64,000 nucleotides of DNA, from contig JACPBQ010000002.1 of NCBI GenBank assembly GCA_016180235.1, positions 2,206 to 66,205 on the forward strand. The letters are read 5' to 3'. Of this stretch, positions 1 through 6,668 are shown in pieces (the first letter of the stretch is position 1; every line of letters starts with the position of its first letter). Below the pieces are notes generated by a model. The model was not told the DNA's origin. It did no database searches and was given only the letters and a program-made list of their open reading frames with translations. The stretch is from Candidatus Woesearchaeota archaeon. Its GTDB lineage: Archaea; Nanobdellota; Nanobdellia; Woesearchaeales; GW2011-AR4. A program made the translations under genes and the position numbers.

Positions 1-2185
1 CTTTCTCGGCTTCCTCATCAACCATATCAAAAGAAGGCCATTTTGAAAGATGTATGCTTTTTGCTTTTTCATATTTTTTGAAATACTGCTGGTATAATTC
101 CTCGGTTATGAAAGGAGTGATAGGCGCCATTAATTTCATTATTGAAAGCAGAGTATGGTATAAAGTATATTGCCCACTTAATTTCCCGTTTTTGCCCCTT
201 TTCTCAACATTGTACACCCTGTCCTTTACAATCTCAAGGTAATTGTCGCAGAACATGTGCCAGAAGAACTTGTCTGCTTCCAGTTTTGTATGGGAGTATT
301 CATAATTCATGAAATTTTCAGTCGATTCTTTGATTAATTTGCTTAATTTTGATAAAATCCAAATATCAATTATCTCAAGTTTTTTCGGCTTTTCAGATTT
401 GTAGTCGGAAAGATGCATAAATGTGAACTTGGAGGCATTCCATATTTTTGTTGCAAACTTAGTCCCTGTAATCAGGTCCTTTTCCTGGAACGGCAGATCA
501 TCCCCTAATCTGCTTCCTGCTGCCCAGAATCTCAAAGCGTCGGCAGAATATTTTTTTATCATCTCCCTGGGATCAACGACATTCCCCTTTGACTTTGACA
601 TTTTCTTGCCGTGAGGATCCAAAGCCCATCCGGAAATCATCGTGCTTTTCCATGGAATGCTTTGATGGTGGAAATAGCTCTTGACAACGGTATTAAAGAG
701 CCAGAAAGTGATAATGTCATGTGCCTGCGGCCTTAAGTCCATCGGCAATAATTTTTTATAAACAGCTTTATCCTTGAATAATTCAATTGCGATATCCGGT
801 GTTAATGAAGAAGTTGCCCATGTGTCCAAGACATCTTTTTCTCCTATAAATTCATTTGAGCCGCATTTGCAGCTTTTTAGCGGCTTATCAGCCAGCGGAT
901 CGACAGGTAATTGTTTCTCTTCCGCAACAATAATCTCATTGCATTTCCTGCAGTACCAAACAGGTATGGGAACTCCAAAATGCCTTTGCCTTGATATATT
1001 CCAGTCCCATTTAAGGCCTTCAATCCAGTTCTCATACCTTGCCCTCATATGGTCCGGGTACCATTTTATCTTCCTGCCATATTTTATGAAATCCGCTTTC
1101 AAATCCAAATATTTTATGAACCACTGGTCTGTATTCAATATCTCAATATCCGTTTCGCACCTTTCATGCACATTGACAACATGGTGTATAGGCTCTATCT
1201 TCTCTATCCTGTTTTCCTCTTCCAAAGCCTTTATTACAGCTTCCCTTGCCTTTTTGACATGCAGGCCTTTGAATTTTCCGGCTTTCTCATTCAAAATTCC
1301 GTCTTTGTTTAAAATCTCTATCGGCTCTATCTTGAGTTCTTCCAGCCATTTTACATCATCCATGTCCCCATAGGTGCAGTGGTAAACAATACCTGAGCCG
1401 AATTCCATGTCAACATCCTTGTTTGCTGTAATTTTGACTTCCCTGTCAGAGAAAGGTATTTTTGCTTTTTTTCCAATTAATTTATTGAACCTTTTGTCAT
1501 CAGGATGTATGTGTATCGCGACGCATGCTGGCAATAGTTCAGGCCTTGTTGTTGCTATCGTTATTTGTTTGCCCACATCTGTGTCAAATTTCATGTAAAC
1601 CAATCTTGAATCTCTCTCACTGTCTTTCATCTCTACCTGGGCTATAGCCGTCTGGCATTCAGGGCACCATACAAAAGGCGCTCTTTTCCTGTAAATCCTG
1701 TCTTTCTTATACAAATCAATAAAGCTTCTTTGGGATATTCTTTGGGAATGCTCGTTGATTGTCGTATAGAATATGCTGTAATCGGCGCTTACTCCGATCC
1801 TTTTCCAGTCATAAACAAAATCCGGCCTTATCTCTTCAAGAGTCTTTAAGCATAGATTTACAAAATCCTTCCTCTCCATTTTCTGTCCCTTGACATTCTT
1901 CATCTTCTCTATCATCCTTTCCGTTGCCAGGCCATTATCATCAGTGCCAAAAGGATAGAATACGTTCTTGCCAATCATTCTCTGGAATCTTGCAACAAAG
2001 TCCTGCTGGGAATAAGAAAAACTATGTCCGAGATGCATCTTCCCGCTTACAGTTGGCGGGGGAGTGTCTATGGAATAAGCCTCCTCTTTGCTGTCAGGAT
2101 TAAATAGATATACTTTCTCCTTCTCCCAGTATTTGAGCCATTTCTCCTCGGATTCATTAGCATTGTAGCGCTTTGGCAGTTCCAT
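1..2185 (-). CDS. valS: valyl-tRNA synthetase (C-terminus cut by window edge)
   Basis: Absent from the ORF track because it runs off the window. Reverse translation from the ATG (complement of 2183-2185) reads MELPKRYNANESEEKWLKYWEKEKVY..DTPPPTVSGKMHLGH (HIGH-type)..WNISRQRHFGVPIPVWYC..KMSKSKGN (KMSKS)..FCDNYLEIVKDR, typical of archaeal ValRS. The + strand ORFs at 423-1598 are its antisense shadows. Confidence 0.9.
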   Translation of the reverse strand, partial: MELPKRYNANESEEKWLKYWEKEKVYLFNPDSKEEAYSIDTPPPTVSGKMHLGHSFSYSQQDFVARFQRMIGKNVFYPFGTDDNGLATERMIEKMKNVKGQKMERKDFVNLCLKTLEEIRPDFVYDWKRIGVSADYSIFYTTINEHSQRISQRSFIDLYKKDRIYRKRAPFVWCPECQTAIAQVEMKDSERDSRLVYMKFDTDVGKQITIATTRPELLPACVAIHIHPDDKRFNKLIGKKAKIPFSDREVKITANKDVDMEFGSGIVYHCTYGDMDDVKWLEELKIEPIEILNKDGILNEKAGKFKGLHVKKAREAVIKALEEENRIEKIEPIHHVVNVHERCETDIEILNTDQWFIKYLDLKADFIKYGRKIKWYPDHMRARYENWIEGLKWDWNISRQRHFGVPIPVWYCRKCNEIIVAEEKQLPVDPLADKPLKSCKCGSNEFIGEKDVLDTWATSSLTPDIAIELFKDKAVYKKLLPMDLRPQAHDIITFWLFNTVVKSYFHHQSIPWKSTMISGWALDPHGKKMSKSKGNVVDPREMIKKYSADALRFWAAGSRLGDDLPFQEKDLITGTKFATKIWNASKFTFMHLSDYKSEKPKKLEIIDIWILSKLSKLIKESTENFMNYEYSHTKLEADKFFWHMFCDNYLEIVKDRVYNVEKRGKNGKLSGQYTLYHTLLSIMKLMAPITPFITEELYQQYFKKYEKAKSIHLSKWPSFDMVDEEAEK

Positions 2186-2311
2186 ACCCAAAAAGAAAAG
2201 AAACTTGTTTTTAAATGTTGTGGGGAGCAAAGTTTAAATAGGAGCTTTTTCTTAGGGTATATTAAATGAGGTGTGAAATTTACTCTGTCGATTTAATGTG
2301 GGGTTAAGTTA

Positions 2312-3016
2312 ATGAACTATGCTCAGTCAATAAGAGCAGAAACCAGAGTTCTAGCAAGACAGGATTATGACCCTTTAGATTTGCATGGAAGGATAGAATT
2401 AGTTAATTTGAATCATCTCGCCAGGGGGCCAAATAGTGCCGTTGGTGAAGTGTTAAGGAATAGCCAAAGAGTATTAGTGACAAATGGTCAGCATTTTATA
2501 GGCCAGGTTTGCCTGGTTAGGTTTGATTTAGAGCATAGAATAAGGCACAATCCTGATGTGGAGATACTGCATGGGGAAGATGAAGCAATATTTTTTGGAC
2601 AGGGGCATTCAGATGATTATTTGTATCCCTTAAAAGCAAACTTCATTTCTACTGAAATGCCCTGGGGATTTGAAGAAAGGATTAAAGGAGGCTTAAGTCC
2701 AGAGGAATTTATTTTATATGGCCGTATGAAACCTGGACCCATTCCATCTTTTGAGGCAATTAATCGTCACTATGATCCGGGTAAAATTGGGGTATTCGTC
2801 TATATTCGTGGAAATGGTGAAAATCGACAAATATATATTGTAAGCATAGACGAAGTTATACCAGTTGCCACTTACGTTGCTATATCCGATCTATTACCAA
2901 GACCTCACAGAAGATCGAGGTTGGTGGTAGTAGACTCAAAGAAGGGTATAAAAGCCCTGCGAGAAGAAATTATAGATAAAGATATAGTTCCTGTTCGAAT
3001 GGAGCCACTCTTATAA
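2312..3016 (+). CDS. hypothetical protein (234 aa), no recognisable motif
   Basis: Long uninterrupted ORF in an otherwise tightly packed region. Divergent from valS with TATA-like boxes in the 2190-2311 spacer. I recognise no family. Confidence 0.5.
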   Translation: MNYAQSIRAETRVLARQDYDPLDLHGRIELVNLNHLARGPNSAVGEVLRNSQRVLVTNGQHFIGQVCLVRFDLEHRIRHNPDVEILHGEDEAIFFGQGHSDDYLYPLKANFISTEMPWGFEERIKGGLSPEEFILYGRMKPGPIPSFEAINRHYDPGKIGVFVYIRGNGENRQIYIVSIDEVIPVATYVAISDLLPRPHRRSRLVVVDSKKGIKALREEIIDKDIVPVRMEPLL

Positions 3017-3064
3017 ATTCTCCAACCCAAAACACATAAATACTCAAAAAATATTCTTTCTTTT

Positions 3065-4273
3065 ATGCACCCTTTCACTTTCAAATACCAGCCAAAGACC
3101 TCAAAGGAGATAATAGGCCAGGAATCGGCAATAAAAAAACTAAGGGATTTTGTAATTAATTTCAAGAAGCAGAAAAAGAATGCAGCATTATTATACGGCC
3201 CTTCCGGAACCGGAAAAACAATAAGTGCCTATGCAATTGCTAAGGAACTGAACCTGGAAATTCTTGAAGTCAATGCCAGCGACGTTCGTAATGCCGACCA
3301 GATAAACTCTTTATTGGGCTCAGCAATAGGCCAGATGAGCCTGTTCTCAAAAGGAAAGCTGATTTTAGTGGATGAGATTGACGGCCTGTCAGGCACAAAA
3401 GACAGAGGCGGCTTGCAGGCAATTGCAAAATTAATAGAAAAATCATCATTCCCGATAGTGTTGACAGCAACAAACCCATGGGACTACAAGTTCAATAATT
3501 TAAGGAGAAGGGCTGAGATGATAGAATTTGCCCCATTGGACTACAAGGACATTTCCATTATCCTGAAAAGTATCTGCATCAATGAAAAGATAAAATTTGA
3601 AGAGGAAGTCCTTAAGGGCCTGGCCAGGAGGGCTGGAAATGATGCACGGGCAGCTATAAACGACCTGCAGACACTGGCAATGGAAGCAAAAGAACTGACA
3701 AAAGAAAGCCTTGAGGAATTGGGGGAAAGGAACAAATTGGAAAGCATGCCAAATGCCCTCGCCAAGATATTCAAGAGCACAGACCCGAAAGTTGCAATAG
3801 TTGCATTTGACGCTGTCGAGGAAAACCTTGATCAGCAATTGCTGTGGATTGATGAAAACCTGCCTAAGGAATACACAAATCCTGAAGATTTGGCAAAAGC
3901 ATATGACAAGTTAAGCAAGGCTGATATGTTTAGCAGAAGGATAAGAAGATGGCAGCACTGGCGTTTTCTTGTATACATAAACGCATTAATCACAGCAGGA
4001 ATTGCCGTTTCCAAAAAGGAAAAATATAAACACTATGTGCAGTATAAGCCAACAGGAAAGCTGCTAAAATTATGGTGGGCAAAGCAAAAATCAATGAAGA
4101 AAAAGGCCATTGCCGAAAAAATCGCTGAAAAAACGCACACATCAAAGAAAGAAGCCTTGAAAAGCACATTGCCATACCTGCAGGCTGCATTTAAAAAAAA
4201 CAGGGATTTCAGGGAGCAATTAACATTAGAATTGGATTTGAGCAGGGAAGAGGCTGAATGGCTGAGAAAATAA
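3065..4273 (+). CDS. rfcL: replication factor C large subunit (AAA+ clamp loader)
   Basis: Walker A LLYGPSGTGKT, then EVNASDVRN, LILVDEIDGL..DRGG and PIVLTATNPWD, the pattern of archaeal RFC-L. No SRC motif of the small subunit. Confidence 0.8.
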   Translation: MHPFTFKYQPKTSKEIIGQESAIKKLRDFVINFKKQKKNAALLYGPSGTGKTISAYAIAKELNLEILEVNASDVRNADQINSLLGSAIGQMSLFSKGKLILVDEIDGLSGTKDRGGLQAIAKLIEKSSFPIVLTATNPWDYKFNNLRRRAEMIEFAPLDYKDISIILKSICINEKIKFEEEVLKGLARRAGNDARAAINDLQTLAMEAKELTKESLEELGERNKLESMPNALAKIFKSTDPKVAIVAFDAVEENLDQQLLWIDENLPKEYTNPEDLAKAYDKLSKADMFSRRIRRWQHWRFLVYINALITAGIAVSKKEKYKHYVQYKPTGKLLKLWWAKQKSMKKKAIAEKIAEKTHTSKKEALKSTLPYLQAAFKKNRDFREQLTLELDLSREEAEWLRK

Positions 4274-4341
4274 CTTGCATAAAGTTACTACAAACTGATA
4301 ATTATTTTTCTCATTAAAACAACAATTTTCCATATCTTTGT

Positions 4342-4392
4342 CTCGGGATGCCGCAGGCATCCCAATACGCTAGTGTGCAGGCATGCACAAAA
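4342..4392 (+). promoter_or_regulatory. two-hairpin structured motif, copy 1 of 3
   Basis: GGGATGCC-gca-GGCATCCC, linker AATACGCTAG, TGTGCA-ggca-TGCACA. Differs from the copy at 43401-43449 at 2 linker positions over about 51 nt. Same architecture as 38138-38186. Confidence 0.7.
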
Positions 4393-4400
4393 AACAACAA

Positions 4401-4412
4401 ATTTTATAAAAT
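4401..4412 (+). promoter_or_regulatory. TATA-like box for glyS (leaderless-type spacing)
   Basis: attttataaaat centred about 27 nt upstream of the ATG at 4433. Confidence 0.45.
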
Positions 4413-4432
4413 ACCGATTAATCTATTACCGC

Positions 4433-5923
4433 ATGGAAAAATTAAGCATAGAGGACATGGCTGTTTTCTGCAAGAGGAAAGGTTTTGTCTATCCTTCCAG
4501 CGAGATATACGGCGGTTTTTCAGGATTCTGGGATTTTGGCCATTTGGGTGTTGAATTAAAGAACAACATAAAGGCAGAATGGTGGAGATACCATGTCCAG
4601 CAAAGAGAGGATATTGTCGGCATAGATGGCTCTATAATTACCCATCCGAAAGTGTGGCAGGCCAGCGGCCATGTCGAGAATTTTGAGGATATAATGCTGA
4701 AATGCTCAAAATGCAGGCAGGAAATAAGGGCAGACCATTTTATTGAGGAAAAATTAAAAACAAATGCAGAAGGCTCGAAGGTAAATGAAATAAACGATAT
4801 TATCAAAAAAAACAAATTGAAATGCCCAAGATGCAATTCCGATTTTGAAAAGATAGAGCAGTTCAATTTGATGCTTAAGACAAGCATTGGCCCGAAAGAG
4901 GACAAAAGCTCAGTATCCTACCTGAGGCCGGAGACAGCGCAATTGATATTTGCTGATTTCAAGCTGGTTGCTGATAATGCAAGATTAAAGCTTCCTTTTG
5001 GAATTGCACAAATCGGGAAAGGCTTCAGGAATGAAATAAGCCCAAGGGATTTTCTTTTCCGCTGCAGGGAATTTGAGATGATGGAAATAGAGTATTTTGC
5101 CCATCCGGAAAAAACCGATAAGTGCCCTTTCATAGACGAAATAAATGATGAAGAATTAAATTTCCTCACTGCAGAAATGCAGGAGAAAAAGCAAAATCCT
5201 ATAAGGATGAAAATAAAGGATGCATTGAAGAAAAAAATAATTTCGGAATGGCACGCTTACTGGCTGGCAACAGAGCAGAAATGGTTTGTAAATTTAGGGG
5301 CAAAGCAGGAAAACTTCAGGGTAAGGCAGCATCTGAAAAAAGAAAAAAGCCATTATGCCGTTGACACATGGGATTTAGAGTATAACTTCCCTTTCGGCTG
5401 GAAAGAGCTGCAGGGAATAGCTAACAGGGCTGATTTTGACCTGCAGCAGCACATGAAATTCTCAGGCAGTGATTTAAGCCTGTTTGACGAAGAAACAAAG
5501 AAAAAAATTGTTCCGCATGTTATAGCAGAGCCTTCCCAGGGAGTTGAAAGGGCTTTCCTTGTTTTTATGTTCGATGCCTACAATGATGACAAGAAAAGAG
5601 GGAATGTTGTCTTAAAATTGAACCCAAAACTTGCTCCAATAAAACTGGGGATATTCCCGTTGGTGAATAAATTAGATGATGAGGCAAAAAAAATATATGA
5701 TGCCTTAAAAAAAGATTTTAACTGCATTTTTGACAAATCGGGAAGCATTGGAAGAAGGTATGCAAGGGCCGATGAGACAGGAATTCCTTTTTGTATCACA
5801 ATTGATTTTGATACTCTGAAGGACAAGGCTGTTACAGTAAGGAATCGCGATGATACAAAGCAGGTAAGGGTAAAAATACAGGATTTAAATGAGACCATCT
5901 CCAAATTAATAAATAATCCATAA
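4433..5923 (+). CDS. glyS: glycyl-tRNA synthetase, archaeal/eukaryotic alpha2 type
   Basis: MEKLSIEDMAVFCKRKGFVYPSSEIYGGFSGFWDFGHLG, RPETAQLIF and FRNEISPRDFLFRCREFEMMEIEYF (class II motifs). I prefer the ATG at 4433 over the track GTG at 4373 because of the TATA spacing, and because the extension overlaps a repeat element. Confidence 0.9.
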   Translation: MEKLSIEDMAVFCKRKGFVYPSSEIYGGFSGFWDFGHLGVELKNNIKAEWWRYHVQQREDIVGIDGSIITHPKVWQASGHVENFEDIMLKCSKCRQEIRADHFIEEKLKTNAEGSKVNEINDIIKKNKLKCPRCNSDFEKIEQFNLMLKTSIGPKEDKSSVSYLRPETAQLIFADFKLVADNARLKLPFGIAQIGKGFRNEISPRDFLFRCREFEMMEIEYFAHPEKTDKCPFIDEINDEELNFLTAEMQEKKQNPIRMKIKDALKKKIISEWHAYWLATEQKWFVNLGAKQENFRVRQHLKKEKSHYAVDTWDLEYNFPFGWKELQGIANRADFDLQQHMKFSGSDLSLFDEETKKKIVPHVIAEPSQGVERAFLVFMFDAYNDDKKRGNVVLKLNPKLAPIKLGIFPLVNKLDDEAKKIYDALKKDFNCIFDKSGSIGRRYARADETGIPFCITIDFDTLKDKAVTVRNRDDTKQVRVKIQDLNETISKLINNP

Positions 5924-5934
5924 ATTTTATATAT
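5922..5934 (+). promoter_or_regulatory. TATA-like box for the SSB-like gene
   Basis: aaattttatatat centred about 27 nt upstream of the ATG at 5956. Confidence 0.45.
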
Positions 5935-5955
5935 CCTTCTTACTCTCTTGAAGAT

Positions 5956-6393
5956 ATGCAGGTAAAAGACTTAAAGCCGAGGCAGGGAAAGGTTGACATA
6001 GAGCTCGACATAGTTGATATGGGCGAAGTAAGGGAATTTGAGAAATTCGGAAAAGCAGGAAGGGTGGCAAACGCAATAGCAAAAGACGAGACAGGAGACA
6101 TTAAGCTGACTTTATGGAATGATGATATTGAAAAGATAAAATCAGGGGATAAGATAAAAATCACAAATGGCTATGTTTCCGAGTGGCAAGGGGAAATGCA
6201 GCTTTCAACAGGCAAATTCGGGACTATGGAAGTACTAGGGGAAAGCAAGGAAGCAAAAGAAGAAGCTACAAGCCCTCCAAATGAAAAAGAGGGCAAAAAA
6301 GCCTACCGGGAATCAGAAGAGAACTTTAAGAAAATAGAGGAAAAGCTTGAAGAAGAGCCTGACTTTGATGAGGAAGAAGTCAAGGACGAGTAA
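5956..6393 (+). CDS. OB-fold single-stranded DNA-binding protein with acidic C-terminal tail
   Basis: N-terminal roughly 95 aa looks like a single OB fold (GKVDIELDIVDMGEVREF..GDIKLTLWNDDIEKIKSGDKIKITNGYVSEWQGEMQLS). It is followed by an E/K-rich linker and the acidic tail DFDEEEVKDE, as in SSB proteins. Confidence 0.6.
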   Translation: MQVKDLKPRQGKVDIELDIVDMGEVREFEKFGKAGRVANAIAKDETGDIKLTLWNDDIEKIKSGDKIKITNGYVSEWQGEMQLSTGKFGTMEVLGESKEAKEEATSPPNEKEGKKAYRESEENFKKIEEKLEEEPDFDEEEVKDE

Positions 6394-6448
6394 GCGAAAG
6401 TAATTTAAATCAATTCTTTTTCTGAAATTAATGTCTGAGCAAAATTTA

Positions 6449-6661
6449 GGGATTTGATAAGCGCATGTTTTATCAGACTAAAAACCGTAGCTCAGACTGA
6501 GAAGACTGAGGTCTTCGGCTAAGGAGAGCATTTCAAAAATCTCAAACTACGCTGAAGACGTAGGTGATTGGTACAGGTATACTGGCCAACTTAAATCCTG
6601 GGTTCAAATATCCCAGAGGGCCATTAAAATCCCTCAGGATTTGAAATTCCCAGCGGTCCCA
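6449..6661 (+). tRNA. tRNA-Phe(GAA), interrupted by about five insertions (or a decayed pseudogene)
   Basis: Acceptor GGGA(6449-6452)+CCG(6485-6487) pairs with CGGTCCC(6654-6660), discriminator A. D-stem GCTC/GAGC. Perfect anticodon arm CTACG-CTGAAGA-CGTAG (6547-6563). T-arm CTGGG-TTCAAAT..CCCAG. Exon pieces sum to 74 nt and insertions to 139 nt. A T-run follows. Confidence 0.6.
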
Positions 6662-6668
6662 CTTTTTT

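Noticed and set aside
423-1598. Several + strand ORFs (63-199 aa: 423-614, 774-1373, 1049-1312, 1407-1598) with S/F/L-rich low-complexity translations.
   Set aside because: They lie antisense to the clearly recognisable valS reading frame (HIGH and KMSKS motifs on the minus strand). They are shadow ORFs.
4373-4432. N-terminal extension of glyS from a GTG at 4373 (MCRHAQKTTNFIKYRLIYYR..).
   Set aside because: The extension starts inside the two-hairpin repeat and runs through a TATA-like box. The conserved GlyRS sequence begins at the ATG at 4433 with leaderless spacing.
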